A DNA stretch of 64,000 nt from Octopus sinensis (lineage: Eukaryota). The notes beneath the pieces were generated by a model that did no database searches, was not told the origin of the DNA, and saw nothing but the letters and a program-made list of their open reading frames with translations. How positions within the stretch are numbered: position 1 is the stretch's first letter; each line of letters starts with the position of its first letter. The position numbers and the translations under genes were made by a program. Location: positions 101,556,001 to 101,620,000 of the forward strand of contig NC_043002.1 in assembly GCF_006345805.1 (NCBI RefSeq). Direction: 5' to 3'. Below are positions 27,521 through 40,354 of the stretch, in pieces.

Positions 27521-28049
27521 AAATGACATAACTTCTCCTCTCATTACTTATCAGGACCGACACAGGAAAGCCTGGCACACCGATAAACTGGAGACTTCGA
27601 CGCAAATGACTAGAGTGGAAAATAACAACAAAAAAAAAAGAAAGAAAAAAGCAGAAATGGAATAGTAAAGAAGTACATAACTGCAAGACAAACTCTCATA
27701 AGGCTAGCCAAATCGATACTTTGAACAAGTGGCAATATCAATGTTTTAACGGAAACTAGTTTGAATACGTGAAGTGTCTTTAATTGGTGTATGTATCGGT
27801 GTCGTTGTGTGTCTGTGTTGTCAGTTGATCATCAGAAACAAGAAAAGTGTAATGAACAATATAGATAGAGACGAGGCTTTCAGATGTCTTTGTTGATGTT
27901 TGCATCCACCGGAGTGAGAAATTCGATTGAGAAATAATCGAAGCGAAATTCAATGATCTGTAAATTAAACTTTTAAATAATGTCCACATAAAGGAAATAT
28001 TAAAAAAGAATTAATCAACAAAATTAAATGGATTATTTTGACCTCAATT

Positions 28050-28960
28050 TATTGTTTCCCCAACATTTTCGAAGCATTCGTTCTCCTTACATATGAAGAT
28101 TTTATTTTAATCACAGACACTAAGATGTTTCATCAATTCTTGTAAACCCCACGATTCTGTTATATTACCTAAGCCTTCCAGTATACCTATTAATTGTTTA
28201 CTTGTCACCGCTAACAGTTCGTACTCCAGTGCAAAAAAAATTATATTTCTAACGCTTTCTTAACCATCCGCAGACTGGCATCAGTATATCCATCTTAGAC
28301 TTCTAAAGAAAAATTTGCTCACATTAACGAAACATTCTCTAAAGAGAACATCCTCATCCTTGTCTCCTTCAACAGCTCAAGGTGAAAATCACTGCAAATA
28401 ACTAATAACCAATCCACATCAGCCTTGGACAAAATGAAAATATAACTCGATCATGTTACAAATGCTTTGGTGAGCTTTTGTAAAAAGCAGACAACAATCT
28501 TTCAGAGATTCGTCTTCCTCTTTAGGATCACAAAAGGATTCCACCACAAAAAACTGTACATTCTCTACAAATTACCAGTGAGACCGAAGTTAGTATAACT
28601 CTTCAACATGTGATGTATCGCTGTTGTTATACAAACAACCTAGAATGCGGCTAAAAAAATAAGCCATCGATGCAGCTAGTCTGAAGGACGCAGTTACCAA
28701 ATTTTGTCTCACAGTAATTTGTCTCCTTAGTGGAATTTTTATGCTGTTTCTACAAATGCCCCTGTACCATAGAGTTAACTGACTGCATAATATCTCCATT
28801 CAAAGTTACTTAGCACCCTCTTATCCCTACACAAATTGCAAGCTCTTTTCACATGTTCACAGACTCGCCAAATTCTGAATTAACCATTAAACCAATCATC
28901 TACCAAAATAGTAACACTTTGCAAATCACAAATCACTCGACTCGCTTTTTCCGATGCAGG
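28050..28960 (+). mobile_element. Heavily decayed CR1-like LINE RT/C-terminal fragment
   Basis: TDTKMF (cf. FADDTKLF) near 28115 and LYILYKLPVRPKLV (cf. LYKTYVRPKLEY) near 28555-28600; many stops and frameshifts. Confidence 0.5.
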
Positions 28961-29214
28961 GTATATCAGGCAAAACGTTGTGTTAACAACAAACAAGATG
29001 AGGACAAATATCCGTCAACTATAAATAATGTAAATAATTACGTAATTCCTCATCTCTTAAATATAGAACAGCTCCTTACATACTTGGTTTTAATCATGGA
29101 TTATCTAATCTGAAGTAAATTACATGCCACGTTCATCAGACCTGGGGCTTTATTAATATAACATTTTGTTTCAAACAAGGTTTATGACATTTGTGACGCA
29201 CGGAATATGAACGA

Positions 29215-29840
29215 AGAAACGAAGAGTTCTAGCAATTAGAATGCTCTCTACTAGCCCCAAATCAATATAAGTTGATGTGTCACGATGCGGCAGTGAAAGT
29301 GCTACATTGGAAACTATATGAAACGTGGTGTCTATAAAGAGATAGATGTGGCATGAGTACAAACCGCAGAAAGTGTCGGAGTCGGACACTTGGAAAATCC
29401 TGTGAGATTTCCCAATCCAGAAAGATTAGGTGATACAGCATGATAAGCCTGACATAGTGGTAGTGGACAAGGTGAACCACGTGCTATATAATTTTGGTCA
29501 CGTGCCGCTTTGACCAAAGGAAAGTCAATAAGTAAGGCGGAAAGTAAACATATATAATTCGCTTAAGTACGAAATAACATGGCTATGGAAAAATGAAGAA
29601 GTGAAACATGGCAAATCGTGAAATATTTAAACGGGAAGCTTTATCGGAACTGAGAACTTGGAACTGGAATCACACGGAATAAACATCAGGTCAAAAAGCG
29701 CTGGAGTGGGACAAATGCAAAGGTTCGTTGGATTTTATTATTCAAACGGATAAGATAGAAAAAAAGAAAACAAGACCAGGCATAACAATAATAGACAAGG
29801 ATAAGAGACGTTCTTTACTAATTGATCTCTCATGCCCGTT
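29215..29840 (+). mobile_element. Two decayed R4/Dong-like endonuclease-domain fragments
   Basis: HDAAVKVLHWKL, KIL*DFPIQKD*VIQHDKPDIVVVDKV (29280-29480); DFIIQTDK..RPGITIIDKDKRRSLLIDLSCP (29730-29840). Confidence 0.75.
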
Positions 29841-29841
29841 A

Positions 29842-30237
29842 TCTTTATATATAAAAGTGAGGTTGTGTGCTGTCTGTCTCCTACGATTTAGATTCCTAAC
29901 TACTCCCACATTTTTGCGGTGCAGTTTAACCAAAACCGGGTATCTTATAGTCGTGATTCATATCGAGCCCTTCTGGGTATTAGCGCACGTCTACGATGAG
30001 TCTACGATTTAAAAAAAACATTACCATCAATTTTCCCATTTTTAATGCATTTTTTGCATATATAAGGGAAGTAACACTCTAAAAAATTATTATTAAATCT
30101 CAGAACGTAAAAAGCTACAGTAACACCCCACTTTTGTGGTTAGCCATATTGAGATGGCTATTATACTTTACATCTCTAAAAATGCTTATATAGTTATTCC
30201 CCTTACAAACCCGAGCAACGCCGGGTGATACTGCTAG
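29842..30237 (+). mobile_element. Non-autonomous Helitron
   Basis: 5' A|TC start (tctttatatataaaag), subterminal GC hairpin cccgagcaacgccggg (30210-30225), 8-nt spacer, CTAG|T end at 30234-30238, no TSD. Confidence 0.85.
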
Positions 30238-30449
30238 TACATATATAAATGTATAAAGCATAATTAAGTCTCAGTTGAATTAGGTACTTAAAGTGAGTCA
30301 CCCTCCTAGGTGGACATAATCGACACAACCAAACAATATTAATTGAATATTGAATATCAGGAATCCGTGAAGGGTTGTCTTTACCTGATATTCCTGCCGT
30401 GTGAGCAGGTATTCTTTCAAATGGTGTAATGTTTTCATTAATCAATTAA

Positions 30450-30665
30450 AAGAGTCGCTTGAAATGTCCGACGTGAATTGACACCTGTACAGCTTCGTTA
30501 CTCATTCACATTATGTTATATTATATCAAATTCCGCCTGGGGTGACTTTGCCTTTCATCCTTTCGGGGTCGTTAAATTAAGCACCAGTTACGCATTTGGG
30601 TGGATTTAATCGACTGGCCCCCATCTCCAAAAATTTCGGTCCTTGTGCCTTGAGTAGAAAATAAT
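30450..30665 (+). mobile_element. Diverged family B SINE with alternative tail
   Basis: caaattccgcc..gactttgcctttcatcctttcggggtcgttaaattaagcaccag followed by gactggcccccatctccaaaaatttcggtccttgtgcc. Confidence 0.75.
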
Positions 30666-31179
30666 ATTATATTATATTACATGTGTGTGTGTGTGTGTGT
30701 GTGCAATACGTTTACGCACTAATAGATATATATCTACACAATGAATAAAAAGCCACATATGTTTCATGTTTTATGTTTTCGTGTGTATTACGCAGACAGT
30801 GGGTTTTGTAGAACTCTGCGCATTCTACTTTCCTTGCTTCTCTCAACAACTGAATTAACATTTATATATAGTCTGTTATTCAAACTTTTACTGGTAATAA
30901 TCAATTTTATTTATATTTTACTTATATATACGTTTTTATGTTGTTTTTTTTCTTTAGATTTATCGTTTAACTTCTTTTCATGCATTGTCGCCCAAGTTCT
31001 TCTTACTTAAGTTCATGTCAGCATTATCTCCCCTTGCTATCCACTTTCCACTCGTCTATCGTCCGGAGTTTTTTTTTTACGTTTTATATCTTTTCTCGTG
31101 TCTTTTACTTCTCGTTCCATGTATAACATTATATAAACTAAATCTTCCTTCAAATATACATGTAGTACTTATAGACACA

Positions 31180-31255
<76 letters not shown>

Positions 31256-31313
31256 TGTGTTAGCGTGTATATATGTATGTTTATATAAATATAAATATAA
31301 ATACATACATACA

Positions 31314-31391
<78 letters not shown>

Positions 31392-31406
31392 AATACATAT
31401 ATATAT

Positions 31407-31454
<48 letters not shown>

Positions 31455-32446
31455 ATATATATATTATATACATACATTCATATATACACACGTCACGCGA
31501 AACAATAAAGAAACACTTGAATCAGTGATACCAATTTTATTGCACTGAGTTTTATGATATTTTTTTGTCTCTTTTAAATATTTTGGTGTTTGTTTCTGTC
31601 CGCTTTTTTATTCATTTTGTTCGGCTATTGACTGTGTATTTGAAGGCTTATTGTTTTTTTTTCTTTGCTCGTAATCGAATGTTTTGTGTGTGTGTTTGTG
31701 TTTATTTTTAGTCTTAAATCTACATTTATATATATATATATATGTATGTATGTATATATAACTATTGGTTCTTTTTTCTTTCTCTCGTGTTTCTTATGTG
31801 TTTTGTTGTCTTGAAGCAATATCTCCTATTCTCTTGCTTACAACACCGACTCACATCTTTACACAGTCACACTGATACACACTCTCACGCAAATAGTGCC
31901 ACATGAACGTATACAGACTCTCACACATCTGCCACCCACCCACTCACGCCCACTCAAAGAATAATACTCTGAACTTATGTTGAATTTCTATGTATTCGGT
32001 GATTTTTCTTTTATTATTTTTTACAACATTACTGGTAATATATTTTTATAATGTTATTCGAGGAAGATTTTTACCATTTTCTTATTACTAGAAGAAACAT
32101 CGCCCGCTCTGTAGTTTCGTTCTAATATATCAAACACACACATTTACACACATAGTGCTAGGTTTCGGGAAAAATACTCAGTACAATAGTCATAACATTC
32201 CTGAAAATCCTTTGCACCCACAGGTGAAACTTAACGCAGTATGGGTTTGACTTCACAAAAATAATAAACATATGTTAATTCATGAGGTCGAATTCGAATT
32301 AGATTAAACTAGAAATACTGAGCAATACTGGGTTAAGAGCACTTTGGAGGGAAGAACTTCACAGGTTCCACTTATAACGCGAACCCATATCGTCTTAGAA
32401 CATGATGTACGTGCTAACAATTTTACCAAAACAACTTTCAGTCTGA

Positions 32447-32661
32447 AGAGTCGCTGAGTAGTAAGAAGTTTACTTTCCTACCACATGGTTCCGGGTTCAG
32501 TCCCACTGTGTATCACCTTGTGCAAGTGTCTTCTACTATAAACTATCACCGACCAAACCTGTGAGTTAATTTGGCGGACAGAAACTGAAAGAAGCCTATC
32601 ACGTATATATATATGTGTGTGTATATATATGTATATATATATATATATATATGCATGTATG

Positions 32662-32694
<33 letters not shown>

Positions 32695-32735
32695 TATATA
32701 TTATATATATATATAATATATATATATATATATAA
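32447..32735 (+). mobile_element. Family C SINE, 5' half ending in (TA)n
   Basis: ccacatggttccgggttcagtcccactg...aactgaaagaagcc followed by (TA)n. Confidence 0.85.
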
Positions 32736-32930
32736 GGCAAATAAGTAACAAGGATGTCAAGCTATTAACGTAATATGGCCGTTTCAGTTGGCTCAATTTA
32801 ATCGAACAATGCAAGTGTTGCATCAATTTGAAATATAGCGCCATCTTCAGTTGCAAAATACAAAATTTCAACAGTCAGGATATTCAGTTATAATTTTTAG
32901 CAAATATTTCATCAGAACTTAAGAAGGAAA

Positions 32931-32998
32931 TAATTCTATGCTGCTACTAATGTAATAGAATGAAATTGTTCTGCTACATTAGTAGCAGCATAGAATTA
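32931..32998. other. 68-nt hairpin with 24-bp perfect arms
   Basis: taattctatgctgctactaatgta (32931-32954) and tacattagtagcagcatagaatta (32975-32998); inner agaa/ttct extends the stem. Confidence 0.9.
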
Positions 32999-33734
32999 CT
33001 TTCGAAATCAGCCGGTACCTAGCGACTTTTGAGATAGTATCTTTAATGACTGGCGACGCTGCTTCCACAGGTTTTTAACGGTATAGCTGGAAGACCATCT
33101 GACCCAGATGCTGGGTTTGAACTTTGGTCATTAATAACTGTAAGTATGTCATCTTTCATTAATTTTTAGATGGGTCTCTGCATTTGAACTCAGTGGATGA
33201 AAGAATTCGTTTGATCTACGTATTATTTCGTTAATTATAAGTTGGGAAAATGCACTGTTATATTGTTGACTTAAGAGAGCACATATTTATAATGAATCAT
33301 TAGTATATGATCCATTTTGATCCACTGAATGGCTAATCCTGTTATTTGCAGATGATGTTTCGTTTAACAAAATGGAAAAAAACACGGATACTGTTTTTTC
33401 ATAAGATAGTTTTAGGTCCACTCCCAAGTTCTTTATCTATTTTTTATTTTTCTCAGTCTCATATGTTGAGACCAATTTGACTTTTTAGTTGTTAGTTTGG
33501 TTGTGCTATTCATTGGTATCCGTCTTTCTCGTAAAATCAAGTTCTTGTGACAACTGGCGTGTTTATATGGGGCACGCTTTCGGCATTTCCTGTTAAACTT
33601 TTCATACAGAAAATTAAGGATCTCTTATAATATCAAATAGAATTTCCCCAACACATTAAACCAAACACGTCAGCGGCAGCTGTGTGGTTACTTAGTTAAT
33701 ATCTGCAGTCTCGGATAAAATACCTCCAGGTATG

Positions 33735-33942
33735 TATTAGTGTGTCTGTGTTTGTACCCCACCACCGCTTGACAACCGATGTTGGTGTGTTTAAGTCCCG
33801 TAACTTAGCGGTTCAGTAAAAGAGGCCGCTAGAATAAGTACTAAGCTTACAAAAAATAAGTCCTGGGGTCGAATTTTTCAACTAAAGGCGGTGCTCTAGC
33901 CTGGCCGCAGTCAAATGACTGAAACAAGTACAAGAATAAAAG
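33735..33942 (+). mobile_element. Family C SINE, 3' half
   Basis: gtgtgtctgtgtttg..cgcttgacaaccgatg..gtcaaatgactgaaacaag. Confidence 0.88.
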
Positions 33943-34849
33943 TATAATGGTAACGGTTAAAATGAAATGAAATTTAGTGGACGGGTAAATAACAACGAAT
34001 ATATGTGAAGAATAGCAAAGCCCTGCTTTTGGAATAGGTTTTTCTTTACGAAAGAGATAAAGAGTTAGTGGAGAACGTTTAAAATATCAAAGTGTTCAAG
34101 TCGTATTAGAAATCTAAAAAGCCACATATTTTCAATCTCAAGTTTACAAAATTTTATATAATGATTTTGATTTAATTTAGAGAAAGGTTAAGATGACCTA
34201 GCAAGTAGCTTAAAGTGATACTTGTTGCAATTAGCTTTGAAGATAAATATCAAATTCCAATTCTGAAAACCGACAGGTTATGATAGATAATGTTTAAAAT
34301 ATTTCCTTGGGTATGGTCAATAAATGAATTCTTCAAAGTTTTTCGAATGAATGAGAAAGGAATTCTTAAAGAAGCATGGAGTGATGGAACTCATAGTAGT
34401 GTACGTTGAAAAAGGTTATCAACTTAAAATAATGAACAGAACTTTAGATAAATAAAGCAATGTGATTTAAATGAAAATAAAAACCCTGAATCTGAGTGTT
34501 GAATATACATATTTTTATTAGTTTGAGATGGGCATTAGTCAGGAAAACTGAAAAACAAATGTAAAAAATAACGGTGTTCTTACCAACTAAATGAAATAGT
34601 TAAAGTACTGATGATTAAAATATCAAATACCATGGCAGATGATACGCATGAATTTGAAACATCACCTAGGATATGTAATGGAATGTAAATAAGAGAGAAA
34701 CCTTCTTGAGCTAATCAAATTTAATTAGAAGAAACGAATATACAAATTGCTTCAAACTAAAAAAATGTGATTCGAAATGCTATTGCGCAGCGAATAAGAG
34801 ATGCTTTGCAATCAAGTGTCTACGTACTATATGACCTATTCATAAATAT

Positions 34850-35650
34850 ATAAAACTCTCAGTAGAGCCAACTTATCGGTGATACTTCTGTCCATTATTC
34901 CCCATTTAGATAACTGCCTCTTCTTAAGCCACAATTCCCGGTTAATATGGTGTCATATATTATAATCTACGCTTAGATTATTCCTAAACAAACACAACTC
35001 TCAACTTTTAGTCAGCTCAGAGTTTCATCTTTTGCTATCTGTTTCTGAGCGGAACCAACAAGTTCTAAACGCAAATAGAGAGTTCTCCCATGTGACCATG
35101 GTGTTTTAACACCATTTTTGTTTTAAGTGAGAAAATTCACACCACGATTAACGGCAGCGAAAGGCCTTTACAGGTCCAAATATCTTTGAAACAAATTTGA
35201 ACTGGTTAACTGATACATTCAAAAATTACCTTTCTTTATAATTCCTTGGACTTTTTCATATGTTGCGTCAGTTTTAATACCAATATTTTTTTACCAATCT
35301 AAGAGTAATTGAAGGTTTTCCTCTCTCATTCATAGACTTCAGCCATATAAATTCTCGATCCTATTCCTCTGATGCTCTTCAGAATTTTTACTATAATTTT
35401 ACTCTAAATAATAAAACAAACCAGTATGGTTTTGCTAAAAAAAAAAGAGTCAGTTTTCTAAATTCAATCAAAATGTTCATAATACTAAATATCGGACCCT
35501 TGTGATTTAATAATTTCATTTTAGTTATATCTGGAGGAAATTCAGGGCCAAACACGAACATTCTGAACGAGTCACATGTTTCTGAAGCATTAAAGACATC
35601 TATCACTAACACCAATTCACTCCATCTTACAAATCCTTTACTTGAATCCA
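34850..35650 (-). mobile_element. Possible ancient LINE RT remnant
   Basis: Weak motif echoes on the minus strand: NHKGPIFSIMNIL (cf. NYRGISLLS), LTQHMKKSKEL, YLDL-KAF. Highly degenerate. Confidence 0.3.
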
Positions 35651-36187
35651 TAAGTTCGATTTGATAATTTGTTGTTTTAAACAGGTTGAATTACCAGCTT
35701 TTGACGAAACTACGAAATAACTGTAATTTAATTACGCACAAATATGCAGGCACACCCTTATACATGATTGAGTGAATTGATGTTAGTAATATGTATGTAT
35801 GTGTATGTGTTGGAGAGGTATTTCTTCTTGTGTATATGACTGTGTGTGTGCGTGTGGGCAATTTTATAGATTCGTAAAACTTACATGCATAAATGCATAC
35901 ACATATACATACTTAGACGCATATATTTATAACCACCCATACATCCAACCAACTACCGTCCATCCATACATCCATCCATCCAACTATCCAACCATCTATT
36001 TGTATTTGTATTTATCTGTTACTCTATCTAGCAAACTATTTATCTAACTATGTATTCATCAACACACGCACATACGCATACACACATACACGAAGATGCA
36101 TGTATATATGCATTAGTAAAGTATGCATAATGTATATGTATATATGTTTGTGTATATACGTATGTACACACACAGAGTCATACACAA

Positions 36188-36240
<53 letters not shown>

Positions 36241-37326
36241 ATATAATATATATATATATATATTATATATATATATATTATATATATATATATTATTATA
36301 TATATATATATATATTTGTATGGTAAATGGCCTTTGATAGTCGAAGACAAAATATAAATCAATTTTCTTGTCCTGAAAAAGATAGTGAAAACACGTCAAA
36401 TAACGGATGTTATAAAGAATATGAATCGAATAAAAAAAGAACTACAAAAAGAAGAACAAATGATTATGAAATTTCAAATAATGTGGTGTTTGTAAACAAT
36501 GAGAATACAATAAAAATATTATCGAAAACAATAGGAAATGACATCAACATCCCGACAATTATTAGAAACGAGAAAACGGTAAAAATAAACAACAAAAGTG
36601 AAAAACATGAAGAATGTGAAATAATAGTTTTCATAAAAATAACAATAATGATAAATATCATTGGATATGAAGAGAATAACAATAGGAACAACTGCAGCAG
36701 AATACAAGAGCGATGGCAGTAAGAATATAATACAATACTAGTAACAATTATATCAACAACTCTTACAAAAGAGTAATAAACAACAACAACAAGAACCGCA
36801 ACAGTTACATTTAACAATGGTAATATGAAGTATAACAACAAAGATAATTATAACTATGGCTACATAGCAACACAACTATTAGCAACAGCAGCATTATCAA
36901 CTATAGCGGAAATAATAACAAACTAACTACAGCGATAAAAATTTAAAAAAACATAATATTAACATTAGGCGTAGTCTATGCATCCATTAGCATGAGGCCA
37001 TTAACATCCGTATTTCCGGTTGTCCAGTTATTGTCCAGTTAGGATATTCTCACAGATACGATCAAGTCTGTAACCATGTCCACTGGATATTTCCACGTGA
37101 AAGCAAATAAAACTTGCTCTAAGTGTATATAAATATCTACCAAACGTGCTACATGACTTTCACCTCATTACAATCTTCACTCCAAGCATTGCTGTCTGGT
37201 CGACTACAGGAATCAGAGTGAAGATTCGGGTATAATAATCATGGATGAGACAGAAAATGTCTGTACAATTGATAGAGAGGGAGAGTGTGTGAAAATCGAA
37301 GGAATTTGAAAAGGAAGTAAAGAGTA

Positions 37327-37488
37327 GGCGCAGGAGTGGCTGTGTGGTAAGTAGCTTGCTTACCAACCACATGCTTCAGGGTTCAGTCCCACTGCGTGTC
37401 ACCTTGGGTAAGTGTCTTCTACTATAGCCCCGGGCAGACCAATGCCTTGTGAGTGGATTTGGTAGACGGAAACTGAAAGAAGCCCGTC

Positions 37489-37552
<64 letters not shown>

Positions 37553-37754
37553 TTGTGTGTCTGTGTTTGTCTCCATAGCATTGCTTGACAACCGATGCTG
37601 GCGTGTTTATGTCCCCGTCACTTAGCGGTTCGGCAAAAGAGACCGATAGAATAAGTACTGGGCTTACAAAGAATAAGTCCTTGGGTCTAGTTGCTCGACT
37701 AAAGGCGGTGCTCCAGCATGGCCGCAGTCAAATGACTGAAACAACTAAAAGAGT
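37327..37754 (+). mobile_element. Family C SINE, near full length
   Basis: A box tggctgtgtggtaag, B box gggttcagtccc, CORE-like caccttgggtaagtgtcttc, internal (TA)n(TG)n, 3' domain and tail. Confidence 0.93.
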
Positions 37755-38334
37755 ATTAGGGGCTGGAAGCATAACAACAACAACAGCAATAATAATTGGA
37801 GCTGTGTATATGTCTTAACGAAAGCAGAAATATAGAAGACAATGTAAGGTTCAAAATTGAAACATTATCCAAAAGACAGCGCTGTTCGTAGGCACACCGT
37901 ACGTCCTCTGAAAAACACTTTCAGTTCCATAGCATAATATAAACAATATCCTCTATACACAAAAGGCATTCGTTTTACAGTAACTACTAAAAAAACAAAC
38001 AAACAAAAATAAATAAATTAAAACAAACTGAACATATAGTCAACATTAGTACTTCACGAAGAGGGCAATTAAACATCGTATGTGGGTAGTGAGGACAAAA
38101 CTGCAGTAAGGAGTAGCGACTGATTCTTACAACTTTTTAAAATAATATTCTATTTTTATTTCGTGAGCAAATCATTTGGTAACATTAGTGGTTGAAATAT
38201 TGTTTGGAAATTAAATGTGTCGTGGAAATCACGTGTAGGATACTTTTTAACTCTCCCGGTAAATTTTTGCGTTGAATTTAATTTCTTCATTCAGAGCAAG
38301 TTGGATATTAAAAAGGAGATTGTAGGAGAAGGGA

Positions 38335-38960
38335 GCTGGAGTGATGAGAAACCATACAATGAAAATGCAGACTGGATCAAAGGCACCCAAGATGCCTACA
38401 AAAATCTACAAGAACAGATATGGGAAGACATATCAATCACCGACCTAGGGAGGGCACTAACGAAGGCTCATAAGTGGAAATCCTCTGGTATTGAGAGCGT
38501 ACCAAATTTCTGGCTCTCATCACTCTCATTCGCACACAAAACGTTAGTAATACTATTTGATAGTATTAGGAAAGACCCGGAAAAAAACTCCCCATTGGAT
38601 GGCAAATGGTATTACTTACCTCCTCCCCAAAAAATAACGAAACGAAAGACCTAAAAGACTACAGGCCTACAACATGTCTGTCTACTACCTATATGATTTT
38701 GACATATATTCTAGTGGAGAAACCATATACCTTTATGGAAGAGAGTATCAAGCTAGAGGATATAAGATCAAACAGGGGCTGCAATAAGGGTGGAGCACTT
38801 GAAATAAACAGCACTACTTGGAACCGCTGGAATACTCCGGATGCTGCTCGAAAAATAAGGGGTGTTACCTTGGTTCACTAGTAGTGAACAGCTGACACCG
38901 TAGTAAATCTCCAGCGTTAGAAGCTGTAAAAAGACAATAAATAATAAATAATAATAATAA
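38335..38960 (+). mobile_element. R4/Dong composite: family 2-like RT N-terminal piece joined to a family 3 3' end, TAA tail
   Basis: WSDEKPYNENADWI..KAHKWKSSG..PNFW and KDYRPTTCL (38335-38735); from ~38737 matches the reverse complement of 54984-55200 (ALLGTAGILRMLLEK*), ending gac|aataa. Confidence 0.8.
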
Positions 38961-38961
38961 T

Positions 38962-39745
38962 TTGTGTTCGGTAGTATTTCACTCAAGGGGATCATTCCCA
39001 ACACGGGTATCAGTAGGGCACAATGCCCCGCTGGAAGATTCGTCTCTTGATTTTCATTTCTCCTAATACTTGCTTCCCCGCAGTCAATTCCGTTCTCCAG
39101 CATTTCATACGATTCTATATAAGGCTTCTCATATTGTCTGCTAATCCATATATTTTTGTAGTTCTTATTATGCAGGAGTGTGGCATCATATCGAGTGCTT
39201 TGTGAAGTCAATCCACGTTATGTTCAAGTTTCTATGGCTTCTTTTGCAGTTCCTGACAATTAAAGCTGGTGTCAAAGACTAGCGAAATCCTGTGGGATTT
39301 CCCAATCCGTACAAATCAGACACTAGGGCATAATAAACCGGGCCTTGTGGTGGTGGACAAGGTGAAGCACGTATGCTATATAGTTGAAGCTGCATGCCCC
39401 TTGACCCACGTATAGTCAAGAAGGAAGGTGAAAAGATAGATACAACCTCCTTAAGTACGAAATAGCCCGGATATGGAGAATGAAGAAGTGAAAATAGTGC
39501 AAATTACTTGTAGTACTAGAAGGCATTAGGTGGAATATAAAGGAAACTGGAAGAGAGTGCCCAGTAGAACTGTTACAAAAAGTTTGCCTTCTTGGCACAT
39601 CCAGAATAATCATGAAAGTATTAGATAGCTGAAAAGAACGAATAGCATGGTACCGTAGGCTGCAGGTAGTAAGCCCGCTACGCATGCAAGACTCCAGGAG
39701 CTCCAACAAAAACTGTGATAAAGAGAAATATTAATAATGATGTTA
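38962..39745 (+). mobile_element. R4/Dong element (family 4): inverted RT segment plus forward endonuclease/3' end
   Basis: Minus 38962-39240 reads WIDFTK.. then IIRTTKIYGLADNMRSL..LGEMKIKRRIFQ..IPLSEIL across frameshifts. Plus 39280-39630 reads ILWDFPIRTNQTLGHNKPGLVVVDKVKHVCYIVEAACP..LQKVCLLGTSRII. TAA-like tail. Confidence 0.78.
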
Positions 39746-39769
39746 ATAATGATATTGCCGTACCAGACA

Positions 39770-40198
39770 GCGGCTCTCATGTCTTCTGATTTTAACTGAC
39801 TGGAAGTGTTATCATGTTCATTGTTTTCTCTTAGTATAAAAGATGAGCTACATCAAATAGTCTACTCAATACCAAAACTTTTGCGTGTGTTAGAGGAACT
39901 CTTTCGGGTTTGAATATTTCACCTCTGGAAATATGGCTGGTTTGTTGAAAATACTTATACAACCCTTATTCATGGATCTTTTAAACAAGACGAGCTATTT
40001 GACCTGAAGAAAATTGTCTCTGTATCCTACCTGCAAGGTCATGCGCTGTTATCTTGATATGAAATTGCCATGTCGCGCACACATGGTTGTGATGAATGTT
40101 CCTGGTGTACATTTATCTGGCGGATAGTCATGAGGGGTATACTGGACTACGTATATTATATACCAGTGTCACTTTGACGGCATGCTTTACTCTCTCAC

Positions 40199-40279
<81 letters not shown>

Positions 40280-40297
40280 TAATAATAATAATAATAA
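39770..40297 (+). mobile_element. Non-coding TAA-tailed repeat (probable long LINE 3' UTR) plus (TAA)n
   Basis: Second copy at 18720-19000 (minus); ends ctcact|taataat with a ~100-bp (TAA)n tract. Confidence 0.75.
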
Positions 40298-40354
40298 GCT
40301 CAAAGACTAGAACATCTAGAACATCTACAATATCTTGTGAGTATTTAAAATTAT

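Noticed and set aside
34000-34600. Possible plus-strand RTE C-terminal remnant
   Set aside because: Only one weak motif echo (FRMNEKGILKEAW); not enough to call.
36327-36900. 131-aa N/K/I-rich ORF
   Set aside because: Decayed AAT/AAC low-complexity sequence.
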